Source: Smithellaceae bacterium (lineage in GTDB: Bacteria; Desulfobacterota; Syntrophia; Syntrophales; Smithellaceae). Taken from it: DNA of 64,000 bases. This document shows positions 28,785 to 37,773 of this stretch, piece by piece. The position numbers and the translations under genes were made by a program. The stretch covers positions 480,001 to 544,000 of the forward strand of contig CAXXVL010000001.1 in the NCBI GenBank assembly GCA_963667845.2. Direction: 5' to 3'. The notes under the pieces were generated by a model. The model was given only the letters and a program-made list of their open reading frames with translations. It was not told the origin of the DNA and made no database searches. Positions within the stretch are counted from its first letter, which is position 1. Each line of letters starts with the position of its first letter.

Positions 28785-29815
28785 AGAGCCGCCTCCTTTC
28801 CTTTTTCGCCGATGGCCATTTTGCACAGGTCGATGATATGCACCGGTTTCAGCCCTCGTTTGGTAACTTTTTCCGAAAGAGACGACTGGCAGGCCGGGCA
28901 ATTAAAAACGCAGTACTCGGCGCCCGCTTTGAGCATGTCGTCGATGTTGCGCTTCTGCACATCGTCCGCAAGCCGGTAGCCGGAAACGGAGCGGAGGATT
29001 TCCGCGCAGCACAGAGCGTTTTCATCCTGATAAACTCTTTTGGGCGCTTTCACGCCGATGAGTTTGAAGATTTTTTTCACCAGCGGCAGCTTGTCGGGGA
29101 TGAGGCGGTTGGAGCAGGGGCGCTGGTAAGCGACGGTGATGTTGAGCGGCTTGATTTTGTCTTTGAGCTCTTTCATTCTCCCGTAGAGATAATCCATGTA
29201 GTAAACCGGCTTGAAGGGTACATCCATGCCGTAGGCTTCCGCCATGGATGTCAGCGTGCCGTAGCATTCATCGTGCAGACAGATCACTTCCTTGACGCCC
29301 AGCTTGCGGTAATTCTCGATGACGATGGGGAGCCGTTCCTTGATCACCGACATGCGGGCGAAGTGCGTATGAACGGCCGGGCACATGAATTCCGCGCCGA
29401 ACACGCCTGCGGAGGCGACATCCTTGAAGATTTCCCCGGTGCCCAGCGGCCCCAGATCGGGAATGTAGCAGCAGGAGAGCGCCTTGTCCTTTACATCGCC
29501 TGCCAGGTACTTGCCCTGCATTTGCGTCATGTTGATCCACTGGTTGGTGATGGGGCGCGGCGCTGTGAACATGCCTTTTTCTTCGCGCCGCTCCGAGATG
29601 AGGTAGAAGGGATGATTGCCCCTGGTGCAGTATTCCTCGCAGGCATAGCAGGTGACACACTCGTTAAGCACGCGGGAATCCTTGCCCTTCATGACTTTCA
29701 TCATTTCCCCGTGCGCCTCCGGGTGCCCGCTCATGGTCATGTACTGGCACTTCAGCAGGCAGTCGGATGATGGACATGTTGCGCAAACCTTTTCTTTAAA
29801 TTTCAATTTGTACAT
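28781..29815 (-). CDS. Fe-S / CCG-domain protein
   Basis: CATCPSSDC, CVTCYACEEYC, YQRPCSNR, LCCAE, NCPAC. Confidence 0.85.
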   Translation of the reverse strand: MYKLKFKEKVCATCPSSDCLLKCQYMTMSGHPEAHGEMMKVMKGKDSRVLNECVTCYACEEYCTRGNHPFYLISERREEKGMFTAPRPITNQWINMTQMQGKYLAGDVKDKALSCCYIPDLGPLGTGEIFKDVASAGVFGAEFMCPAVHTHFARMSVIKERLPIVIENYRKLGVKEVICLHDECYGTLTSMAEAYGMDVPFKPVYYMDYLYGRMKELKDKIKPLNITVAYQRPCSNRLIPDKLPLVKKIFKLIGVKAPKRVYQDENALCCAEILRSVSGYRLADDVQKRNIDDMLKAGAEYCVFNCPACQSSLSEKVTKRGLKPVHIIDLCKMAIGEKGKEAAL

Positions 29816-29834
29816 TAAGCGCCTCCATATAATC

Positions 29835-30119
29835 TTAAGTTGAACAATCCCCGTCTCCCCGGGGCCGGCCCGAAGAGAATAGGGGTTGAAGACTACGGTT
29901 TTTCAGCGACCAGAAGGGACCGGTCTTGCCGATGTCCTGCAGCATGGTCATCCACTCCATGCCATATTCGCGCATCCGGGAAAAATAATCGGGATCCAGA
30001 CGCCGCCGGAACAGCCGGCCGGAAAAAAGTTTAAGCAGGCCGGGCAGGGGGAGTATCCCTTCGTCCGTACCTTGCTGGAACTGCGCCCAGCTGCGAAGAT
30101 GGCAGAACATCCCGACCAT
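29835..30119 (-). other. Uncertain 94-aa ORF or gene remnant
   Basis: Fills the gap upstream of the Fe-S operon; no clear RBS and no recognisable family. Confidence 0.25.
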
Positions 30120-30287
30120 TTACTAAAACGAAGTATATCACTTCCATTTTAAAAAGCGCTACTTTAATTGCGGCTGCATGACCACGTTGGAGATACGATA
30201 AGCACGTCCGGCCGTGTAATCAATTCCCGCTGGAAGTAGGAAGTCTTATCGTGTAAAATCAAAAGTGTTGGAGGCTGGAGGAACACC

Positions 30288-30422
30288 ATGTACCCGAATG
30301 AGAAAAAAAGTGAGACGGACGATAGACGCCCGGCAAAAAAGACCACGGGAATCGCCTTGCGGGGTGCCGGCTCGGATGAACCGTTCGCAGACCTGCTGGA
30401 CGAACCTCTCCCTGCGGGCTGA
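30288..30422 (+). CDS. Putative 44-aa small hydrophilic protein; not in the ORF track
   Basis: Strong RBS GGAGGAACACC-ATG; MYPNEKKSETDDRRPAKKTTGIALRGAGSDEPFADLLDEPLPAG; followed by a hairpin. Confidence 0.4.
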   Translation: MYPNEKKSETDDRRPAKKTTGIALRGAGSDEPFADLLDEPLPAG

Positions 30423-30669
30423 AACGCCGCAATCGATGGGGGAGCGGTCCGTTTCTCAGGCAAATGGTTCAAGATGATCAAATCCTTTTTTTCTGCAGGC
30501 CGATAAATCCGCAGGCCCCGCTAACGTATTTTACCGTCCATTTCGCTAAGAATGTTTCCGTCTGATGGGGAGGCAGGGCAAACCCCGCATCCCTTAATGC
30601 AGGTGATGCAAACTTACGGAGTCGGCCTGATTTCCTCAGCCGCACATTATTACTTCCTTTCGGTTGTGT

Positions 30670-31128
30670 TTATTTCTCTCTCGGATACGGCCAGGCCATG
30701 ATGCCGCCTTCCATAACCTTGACATTTTTCCATCCGTTGCCTTCAATCGCAAGTGCCGCTTCGTAGCCGCGCAGTGATATCTTGCAATAGCGATGATCTC
30801 TTTATTTTTGTCTTCGGGCAGTTCCTTAAGACGTTTGCGCAGCGCGCCCAGGGGGATGAGCGTCTCGCCGATGCCCAGGCGTACTTCTGCGAATTCGTCC
30901 GGTCCTCTCGTGTCGACGAGGAAAGGTTTTCACCCACCTGCAATTTTTCGCGCACTTCCTTGCAGCTGATGCGTTTGAGTCTGTCTTTCATCTTGTTCTG
31001 CATCAGATGGGCCGTGGCGATAAAGTGATCATGACGACTTGAGCGTCGTTGTCGATCCGGTGGGCCTTTGCCGCCGCTTTGGGACCGGAGGTCGATCCCC
31101 CGATCACGATAATTCTTCTCCGGGCCAT
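30670..31128 (-). pseudogene. Collapsed FAD-dependent CoA-disulfide-reductase/rhodanese fusion gene (large internal deletion plus 2 frameshifts)
   Basis: N-terminus MARRRIIVIGGSTSGPKAAAKAHRIDNDAQVVM joined out of frame to DHFIATAHLMQNKM...; rhodanese part in shifted frames (PFLVDTRGPDEF...IPLGALRKRLKELP; YCKISLRGYEAA...VMEGGIMAWPY). Confidence 0.8.
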
Positions 31129-31204
31129 ATAGCATCCTTTTTGGTCCCGGAAGATATCAGGCCATAAACGAAAAAGCATTGATCCGAATCAATGCGCCGT
31201 GATT

Positions 31205-31690
31205 TTATTTCTTCCCGTCAACCGGCGTCAGGTGCTCCGGAATCTGGACCGCGACGACTTCGCCTGTTGCGCAGACTTTCCCCCCCGCGATGAGCCGCGA
31301 CTCTACGATCACCTTGCGCCCCTTGATCTCCTTGACCCGGCTGCGGACTTCCAGCGGCCCGTCCATCGGTGTCGGTGCGAGATAGTTCACATGGAGCGAC
31401 GCGGTCACGAAACGCAGCGCCGGTTCAGAGCCCAGTTCCCGGTTTTCCGACCGGCATTTGGCCGCGGCGGCTGTGCCCATGGAGTGGCAATCGATAAGGG
31501 AAGCGATCAGGCCGCCGTATACGTTTCCGGGAGCGCCGCCCGTGTGAAATGCTTTCGGGATGTGAACACAAACAGCTTCTTCCCCGTCCCAGTAACTTTT
31601 GATTTGCATACCGTCCCTGTTGAGTCGGCCGCAGCCGTAGCAATGGCTGAAGTGATCCGGATAGTAATCCTGAAATGCTTTTTGTGTCAT
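31205..31690 (-). CDS. PaaI-family hotdog thioesterase
   Basis: HCYGCG, VYGGLIASLIDCH, FVTASLHVNYLAPTP. Confidence 0.9.
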   Translation of the reverse strand: MTQKAFQDYYPDHFSHCYGCGRLNRDGMQIKSYWDGEEAVCVHIPKAFHTGGAPGNVYGGLIASLIDCHSMGTAAAAKCRSENRELGSEPALRFVTASLHVNYLAPTPMDGPLEVRSRVKEIKGRKVIVESRLIAGGKVCATGEVVAVQIPEHLTPVDGKK

Positions 31691-31706
31691 GAAGTCTCCT
31701 TACGTA

Positions 31707-31769
31707 GTGGATGGTGCATGGTGGATAGTGAATGGTGGATCGTAGCTCATAGCTCTTAGCTCGTAGATG
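31707..31769. repeat. Nine degenerate tandem heptamers
   Basis: GTGGATG GTGCATG GTGGATA GTGAATG GTGGATC GTAGCTC ATAGCTC TTAGCTC GTAGATG. Confidence 0.8.
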
Positions 31770-31784
31770 GTATTTCCTTGAACC

Positions 31785-32738
31785 TTATGTGAATGTGAGT
31801 TTCGTTCCCGCCATATTCAAAATAAACTGATCCGGCATTTGTTTCTCCATCGTCATGATCGCTTTGCGGCCCGTGCAGTGCGTCGGGATGATGTAAGCTG
31901 GATGCAATTTCTGCAGTTCCTGCGACGTGCGCTCGATAATCGGTTCAAACAGAGGTCCGGACAAATGAAAACCACCCATTACCGCGTGTACCTGATCAAT
32001 GCCGGTGACGTTAATGGCATGGCGCACCGAGTTAACGATGCCGGCATGCGCGCAGCCGGAAAGAATGATCAGTCCCTTGCCTTTCAGATGCATGACGATG
32101 CAGGTATCGTCCTCAATGGCATCCCGGACTTCCTTCCCCTCTTTTTGATAATGGGCGATGGGAAAGCCCTTTTCAAAATCCGTGGATCGGGGAATTTCTG
32201 CGAGGAATAAGATGGTGTTGTCCAGAAGAGCGCAGGGCTCTTCCGTCTCGACTGCGGAGAGCCCTGCCTGTTTGACCATGTCCCTCGTCAGCTTCGGGAA
32301 GTTGATTTTCAATTCTTCTCCAAATTTCAGGTAACGCATGACCTTGAAGACGGATGGATGGACGATCAGCGGAATATCGCGCTTATCGATCAGGGCAACA
32401 AGCTTCCCCATGCCGCCGGTGTGGTCGCTGTGGCCGTGGGAAAGAGCGACGGCCTCAACTTCGTGCATATTGACGCCCAGTGTTTCAGCGTTTTGCGCCG
32501 CTCCGTCTTCAGAAAAGCCAAAGTCGAACAGCAGCGTGTGCGTCTTGCCTTCGGCTGTGGTCTTGACCAGCGCTGAAAACCCGTGTTCGGCCAGAATCGA
32601 GGCGCGGATTTCCCCGTCTTTCAAAGGGGTGGCGCGTGTTACAACGGCACTGTTGTCCATCGCCGTCATCTCGATGTAGTTGTCCTGCAAGGTCAGGATT
32701 TCCACCTTATCCACAGCGTTTAATGCAGGATAGACCAT
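31785..32738 (-). CDS. MBL-fold metallo-hydrolase
   Basis: AEHGFS, LFDFG, LSHGHSDHTGG, SGCAHAG, GGFHL, PTHCTG. Confidence 0.9.
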   Translation of the reverse strand: MVYPALNAVDKVEILTLQDNYIEMTAMDNSAVVTRATPLKDGEIRASILAEHGFSALVKTTAEGKTHTLLFDFGFSEDGAAQNAETLGVNMHEVEAVALSHGHSDHTGGMGKLVALIDKRDIPLIVHPSVFKVMRYLKFGEELKINFPKLTRDMVKQAGLSAVETEEPCALLDNTILFLAEIPRSTDFEKGFPIAHYQKEGKEVRDAIEDDTCIVMHLKGKGLIILSGCAHAGIVNSVRHAINVTGIDQVHAVMGGFHLSGPLFEPIIERTSQELQKLHPAYIIPTHCTGRKAIMTMEKQMPDQFILNMAGTKLTFT

Positions 32739-32842
32739 TTTAATGCTCCTGTTCGGGTTGCCGGGTAACCATAACGCTAATAAATATTATTGCAATGAGT
32801 TTGTCGTGAAACAAAACAAAGCGCGCGGCGGATCAAATCCGA

Positions 32843-33205
32843 TCACCCGTTGTGGCAACCCTGCTCATGCTGTGCGCAGGCCAGACCGTTATCGCGGACA
32901 TTACCCGCAAGCCAGCTTTCCGTAACATCTTTCACCTTGCCCCGGCAGCCGCGCAAAACCTGGATTCCGCTCATTCCCAGAACGTTCACGGCCCCTTGCC
33001 CCATATTCCCGGCGAGCATATATTTTACGCCCATCTCAGCCAGGATCGAGGCGATGTTTGATTTACAGCCGCAGCCCGCGGGCGGCGTGACGATTTCCTG
33101 TGACTGAATTTTGTTCTGGTCGTCGATCGTGAATACGGTAAAATACTCACAGTGGCCGAAGTGTTCGTCCACTTGATCTTGATTGGATGGTAATGCGATT
33201 TTCAT
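32843..33205 (-). CDS. NifB/NifX-family Fe-Mo cluster-binding protein
   Basis: MKIALP, VDEHFGHCEYF, GCGCKS, AGNMGQGA; RBS GAGGAG. Confidence 0.9.
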   Translation of the reverse strand: MKIALPSNQDQVDEHFGHCEYFTVFTIDDQNKIQSQEIVTPPAGCGCKSNIASILAEMGVKYMLAGNMGQGAVNVLGMSGIQVLRGCRGKVKDVTESWLAGNVRDNGLACAQHEQGCHNG

Positions 33206-33225
33206 GAATTTCTCCTCTTTAAATA

Positions 33226-33567
33226 TTATGGTCTTTTGGCCCCGTGGCCCTTCTTCCGGCTGCACAAAGCGGTCTCGTTGAGAGTAACTTTTCCGCCTTC
33301 AATTTTCAGTGCTTTGGCATTGATCAGAACGTCGGCTATTTTCTTGTGCGCCGCTTCGATAATTCTGCCGAACGTCTGGCGCGAAATGTTCATCCGGCCC
33401 GCCGCCTCTTCCTGATAGAGCTGTTCGTAGTCCGCGAGACGAACGGCTTCGAATTCATCGAGATTCAGAACAACCTCCTCCAGATCTACAGAGGGGATGC
33501 CCCGCGGCTTGAAATAGTTTTTATCAGGTAGTCCGCATATCTGACGGTTACATTTGGGTCTAGGCAT
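33226..33567 (-). CDS. DUF134 family putative DNA-binding protein
   Basis: MPRPKCNR, YFKPRGIP, DEFEAVRLADY, QEEAAGRMNISRQTF; RBS AAGGAG. Confidence 0.9.
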   Translation of the reverse strand: MPRPKCNRQICGLPDKNYFKPRGIPSVDLEEVVLNLDEFEAVRLADYEQLYQEEAAGRMNISRQTFGRIIEAAHKKIADVLINAKALKIEGGKVTLNETALCSRKKGHGAKRP

Positions 33568-33589
33568 GTCCTGAATCTCCTTGGCGGCT

Positions 33590-33618
33590 ATAATAAGCAT
33601 ATGCCCATAATAAGTCAA
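33590..33618 (-). promoter_or_regulatory. Sigma70 promoter with a palindromic operator across the spacer
   Basis: Minus strand TTGACT-17 nt-TATTAT; overlapping imperfect palindrome centred on GCATATGC (33591-33610). Confidence 0.65.
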
Positions 33619-33702
33619 GCCAAAAAATTATGAAATAAATGCATGGACGGCCGCAATTTGTCCATTTATAATGGCGAACCGGAATGACTGAAAGGAAAAT
33701 CC

Positions 33703-34389
33703 ATGAAAAAGAAAGAGAAAAGCCGCCGGGCTGACTGCGCACATTGCCTGCTCACTGTAAGGGATAGAATTTGTATGAGCCCCGGGGGGAAAGCCTCCGG
33801 AGGGTGCCCGACAGTATCGGGAAAGAAGATCGGTGATGAGGCCCGCAGGTTTTATGCGTTTCCTGAAATCGAGGAATTTGCCCGGCAGGCATCCATCCAG
33901 GAGGCGGAATGCTATGCCCTGCGGGATCAAAAGCCCTTTGTTCTTCATCCGATCAAAACGAGGATCGAAGAGATCGGCGAGTTCGCTCAAAAAATGGGAT
34001 ATGTCCGTCTGGGGCTGGTCTTTTGCGTGGGGCTGGCGCGCGAAGCCGGGATTGTCGCCGATATGCTGGAGCGTCGTGGTCTCGAAGTGGTTTCCGTGAT
34101 CTGTAAAGTGGGCGCGGTACCCAAGGAAGCAATCGGTGTGAAAGACGAAGAAAAGATTCGTGCGGGCGGGCATGAGTCCATGTGCAATCCCATCGCCCAG
34201 GCGATGATCGTCAATGATGCGAAAGTCGAATTTAATGTTCTGCTGGGGTTGTGTGTGGGCCATGATTCGCTGTTTTTCAAATACGCCGAGGCGCCGACCA
34301 CTGTGCTGGCCGTGAAAGACCGTGTAACAGGCCATAATCCGCTCGCGGCCGTTTATCTGGCGGAAAGCTATTATGCTCGGTTGAAGTGA
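33703..34389 (+). CDS. DUF1847 family Cys-rich protein
   Basis: TRIEEI, GLVFCVGL, SVICKVG, MCNPIAQA, GLCVGHDSLF, VKDRVTGHNP. Confidence 0.88.
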   Translation: MKKKEKSRRADCAHCLLTVRDRICMSPGGKASGGCPTVSGKKIGDEARRFYAFPEIEEFARQASIQEAECYALRDQKPFVLHPIKTRIEEIGEFAQKMGYVRLGLVFCVGLAREAGIVADMLERRGLEVVSVICKVGAVPKEAIGVKDEEKIRAGGHESMCNPIAQAMIVNDAKVEFNVLLGLCVGHDSLFFKYAEAPTTVLAVKDRVTGHNPLAAVYLAESYYARLK

Positions 34390-34515
34390 TGAACGGTTGG
34401 CGACCTCGGTCATCGCGGCAGTTCCCTGCCGGGTTTGTACGAGACGGTTTAAAATTAACTGTTCAAAGCCGGTTTGATCGTGTAAAATCAAAAACAAAAA
34501 AAGGAGGATAGAAAT

Positions 34516-35010
34516 ATGGCGAATACCTCTTTGACCATAGCGGATCTCAAATCACACAGGCGGGCCGCCCTTGCTTTCGGCCTGCTGGTATTACTGCCCT
34601 GTCTCTTGAGCCTGATCAATGTGACGTTTGCCGGAAACTGGAAAATTCATTTCTTCCCGGCGGCGATCTTTCTTGCGGCTCTGAGCTTCGGGCCGGCCGG
34701 CGGATTGATCGCCGGTGTGACCGGATCGCTGTATTCCGCGGTCTTCCTCGGCAACCCCTATCTCATGGCGGGCAATGCGCTTCTGGGTTTTTTGACGGGC
34801 GTTTTCTTCAGAAAAACGGGGAGAATGGTTCCGGCGGCGATGCTGGCCTTTGCCTGCCAATTGCCATGGCTCATTTTGTCCGATTACTACTTTGTTCATT
34901 TGCCGGTCGGATTTATCGCCAGTCTGGTGATCGTCTTGTGCCTCGGGAATCTCCTGTGGGCGCTTCTGATCGATCTGGCGATGACGCCGGTTAAGAGATA
35001 TTTATGTTAA
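34516..35010 (+). CDS. ECF-transporter S-component-like membrane protein
   Basis: 164 aa with about 5-6 TM helices; FGPAGGLIAG motif; RBS AAGGAGG. Confidence 0.65.
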   Translation: MANTSLTIADLKSHRRAALAFGLLVLLPCLLSLINVTFAGNWKIHFFPAAIFLAALSFGPAGGLIAGVTGSLYSAVFLGNPYLMAGNALLGFLTGVFFRKTGRMVPAAMLAFACQLPWLILSDYYFVHLPVGFIASLVIVLCLGNLLWALLIDLAMTPVKRYLC

Positions 35011-35426
35011 TTCCTGATTTTTCCCTGTATTCGCTGGCGCTCGTGGAAGGTGATACAATCATCTATTCTTCCGCCGGCGTCGGTCTGCGCCCCTTGTGCG
35101 ATGCGCTCACCAAATTTCAAGACAGGACCGGATTGGTTTTGCACGATAAAGTGATGGGGCTTGCCGCGGCCAGGCTCATAGTTTATTCCGATATGATTGC
35201 CGGAGTGTTCACGAAAGTTGTATCGGAGCCGGCCCGGCGGTTTCTGCAGGAGAACGGCATTGCGCTTTCGGCTGATGGTGTTGCCGCCAATATCTTAACC
35301 CGGGACCAAACCGCAGTCTGTCCCGGAGAGGTGATTGCAATGAATACGGACGACCCGGATGTGTTTTTGCGGAAAATCAGGGCTATGCTCGATACCGCCG
35401 GATCATCTGCGCAGACCATCCACTGA
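35004..35426 (+). CDS. DUF1893 family protein
   Basis: GLRPL, LHDKVMGLAAA, VSEPA, NILTRDQTAVCPGE. Confidence 0.78.
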   Translation: MLIPDFSLYSLALVEGDTIIYSSAGVGLRPLCDALTKFQDRTGLVLHDKVMGLAAARLIVYSDMIAGVFTKVVSEPARRFLQENGIALSADGVAANILTRDQTAVCPGEVIAMNTDDPDVFLRKIRAMLDTAGSSAQTIH

Positions 35427-35555
35427 TGTTCACGGACCCCGCAGTTTAAGGCTGGTTTTTTTCTCCATTATTTTCCGGACAGTTTCATTCATGCGTTTGG
35501 CGGTATCAACCCGATCGGTTCGAGTGCTTGATCTTCAGCGCTCCCGAAATCATCT

Positions 35556-35897
35556 TTAGGGCTGCTTTGCCGCATAGGCATCCATCACCTTGCCGGAATG
35601 GATTAAAGCCGCTCCGGCATTGACGGTCACAGCGACGCCCAGGGCTTCGACGATTTCTTCCCGCGTCGCTCCCTGTTTGATCGCGGCATCCGTATGGACG
35701 ACAATGCAGCCGTCGCACTGCCGGGTCACGGCGACGGCCACCGCGATCAATTCGCGCGTTTTGGCATCGAGTTTCCCGGTCTTTGCTCCCGCCTCGCTGA
35801 TCATGCGGTAACCCCGGAGGATATCGGGACTGATTTTTGCGATGTCCCCGATCCTGCCCAGAACCTCACGATGATATTCATTCCAGTCCAGTATCAT
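35556..35897 (-). CDS. Carboxymuconolactone decarboxylase/AhpD-family protein
   Basis: LDAKTRELIAVAVAVTRQCDGCIVVH. Confidence 0.9.
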   Translation of the reverse strand: MILDWNEYHREVLGRIGDIAKISPDILRGYRMISEAGAKTGKLDAKTRELIAVAVAVTRQCDGCIVVHTDAAIKQGATREEIVEALGVAVTVNAGAALIHSGKVMDAYAAKQP

Positions 35898-35971
35898 GAT
35901 GACTCTCCTTTCTTTTATCCAAATCTTCCGCGCAGGCCTGCCGATCTTGCGAATGCTGCCGGAGTTCGTCT

Positions 35972-36808
35972 TTACAGATGCCGGTCAAGCCACTGCCGCA
36001 AATCGGCGAGTACTTTGGTCCGATCCGCGATAAGCTCGTTATAGACTTCATGCCTGAGGCCGTCGTAGCGTTTGAATGTTTTATCCTCGGCTCCGATCAT
36101 GTCAAAGAGCTCCCGCTGTCCGGAGAAGGCGGTATCCTGCGATCCAAGCTGGATCAGGACCGGCATTTTGATTTTGAAGGCATTTTCGGCGCCGATGACG
36201 ACGTAACGGTTCATTTCGTGTGCGAGCCTCGGTGTGATGACGTTATAAATCAGCGGATCATTAACATAGGCCAAAACGACGTCTTCGTCCCGGGAGATGA
36301 ACTCCGGCGGCAGGGGCGACTTCACGTGCACAGCGGGAAGCAGCATGGAGAGGATTCTGGTGATGGCGAGCAAGGCCTTTGGAATGTCCGTCCCGGGCAG
36401 TGAGCCTGTTCCGGAGAGGATCAGCCCCCGGATGTCCGCCGCATCCTGCTCCGCGTAATTCATGGCGATGAGGCTGCCCATGGAATGACCCAGGACGAAA
36501 TAAGGGATGCCGGGAAAGCGTGCTTTGATGACGTCTCGGTAAAACTGTCTTTCGTCATCGATGAAGTCCTGGAATCTGACGACGTGCCCGCGTTTTCCCC
36601 CGCTCCTGCCGTGACCGCGGTGATCATTGCCGATGACGGCATAGCCCGCGGGGAGCAATTCGTTGACGACATTCCCGTAACGGTCGATGTGTTCGGCATA
36701 GCCGTGGATAACGTGCACGACCGCCTTGGGAGAAGTGTCGGGAAAGCATCCTTTCCAAAAGATGGATGTTCCATCCTGGGCCACGCACGTTCCGGTTTCG
36801 GTTTTCAT
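35972..36808 (-). CDS. Alpha/beta hydrolase (lysophospholipase-like)
   Basis: IHGYAEHIDRY, DHRGHGRS, GHSMG, RHEVYNE. Confidence 0.92.
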   Translation of the reverse strand: MKTETGTCVAQDGTSIFWKGCFPDTSPKAVVHVIHGYAEHIDRYGNVVNELLPAGYAVIGNDHRGHGRSGGKRGHVVRFQDFIDDERQFYRDVIKARFPGIPYFVLGHSMGSLIAMNYAEQDAADIRGLILSGTGSLPGTDIPKALLAITRILSMLLPAVHVKSPLPPEFISRDEDVVLAYVNDPLIYNVITPRLAHEMNRYVVIGAENAFKIKMPVLIQLGSQDTAFSGQRELFDMIGAEDKTFKRYDGLRHEVYNELIADRTKVLADLRQWLDRHL

Positions 36809-36918
36809 CGGGTTGTCCTCCTGGGGTTAACGGTTGATATGGAATGAAAATGGCTCTCCGGTCGACACGATATGCGGCAGGTTTCAGCTCGGGAAACCCC
36901 GCCAACTTCTTCCAAAGT

Positions 36919-37773
36919 CTATTTTGCGGGCGATGCCGAAAGTGAGAGCGCCTGGGCTTCTTCGGTGCAGTTGCGCGCAGGCTTCAGACCTTTTTTCCGG
37001 GCCGCGGCGATTTCGGCTTTGGCCGCTTTCAAGTCGGCAAGAAAGGCCGGATTCGAGTGCAGCCGGGCAACGACCGCGGAGGCCATGAAGCGGCCCGCAA
37101 TCACGTCGCTTTGCCAATGACAGTTGCAGACCAGACGGCTTTCTGCGAAAGCAAGGCCCCGTACGAGGATGGCATCGCCATGCTCCGGATCAATTTCACT
37201 GAGGATCAGCGCCCAGGTCCAGCCGATGGCGCTGTGTCCGGACGGATAAGACCCGTCTTTCCTCAATTCATTTTCCCAACCCGGAGAGCACGTGGATGTA
37301 TTGTGGATGACAAAAGGGCGAACACGTTTGTAATGACTTTTGGCCTTCAGGGTCGAAATGGCGGCGTCGGTAAAAGATCGGTGCAGGATCATGTATAGGT
37401 AGGGCGTTTCCTGCTCGGTGATCGGAATCCCCAGTGTGCAGGAAAACGCTTCGGCTGCCTCAGGAAAGTCCAGATCCGCGTCTTTTGCCGCCTGGGTCCA
37501 GCGCGGCGAATTCCGAAGCGTGCCATACCTGCGGTTGAAGTCTTCATCGACCATGACTTCGGCTGATCCGGGAGCGGGAGGAGGCCCGAGCAGTACCAGG
37601 CTGTCGGGAATTAACGCCATCGGCAGATACGGCGCCAGGATTCCCGGTCGCACCTCGGGGACGATTGCGGGCTTGCCGGTGAGTGCGAGACTGGCACAGC
37701 CCGACGTTAGCAGGACAAGAAGCAGAAAAAGTGGCAGCAGGGTCCGATGGTTCCAATGGGCAGGTTTAAACAC
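36919..37773 (-). CDS. Class A nonspecific acid phosphatase (PAP2), probable lipoprotein
   Basis: KSHYKRVRPF, SYPSGHS, SRLVCNCHWQSDV; lipobox-like LTSGC. Confidence 0.9.
   Translation of the reverse strand: MFKPAHWNHRTLLPLFLLLVLLTSGCASLALTGKPAIVPEVRPGILAPYLPMALIPDSLVLLGPPPAPGSAEVMVDEDFNRRYGTLRNSPRWTQAAKDADLDFPEAAEAFSCTLGIPITEQETPYLYMILHRSFTDAAISTLKAKSHYKRVRPFVIHNTSTCSPGWENELRKDGSYPSGHSAIGWTWALILSEIDPEHGDAILVRGLAFAESRLVCNCHWQSDVIAGRFMASAVVARLHSNPAFLADLKAAKAEIAAARKKGLKPARNCTEEAQALSLSASPAK

Noticed and set aside
30575..30640. GGCAAACC...TGATGCAAA resembling a c-di-GMP-I (GEMM) riboswitch
   Set aside because: No GNRA tetraloop or recognisable second stem, and no co-oriented downstream gene. An Rfam scan would settle it.
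30594..30647. Minus-strand ATG-TGC-GGC-TGA after an RBS-like AAGGAAG, as a second selenoprotein
   Set aside because: Readthrough gives only about 17 aa and there is no convincing SECIS hairpin.
32843..33205. Nitrogen fixation inferred from the NifB/NifX domain
   Set aside because: Stand-alone NifB/NifX proteins beside DUF134 are common in non-diazotrophic anaerobes; no nif genes are present here.
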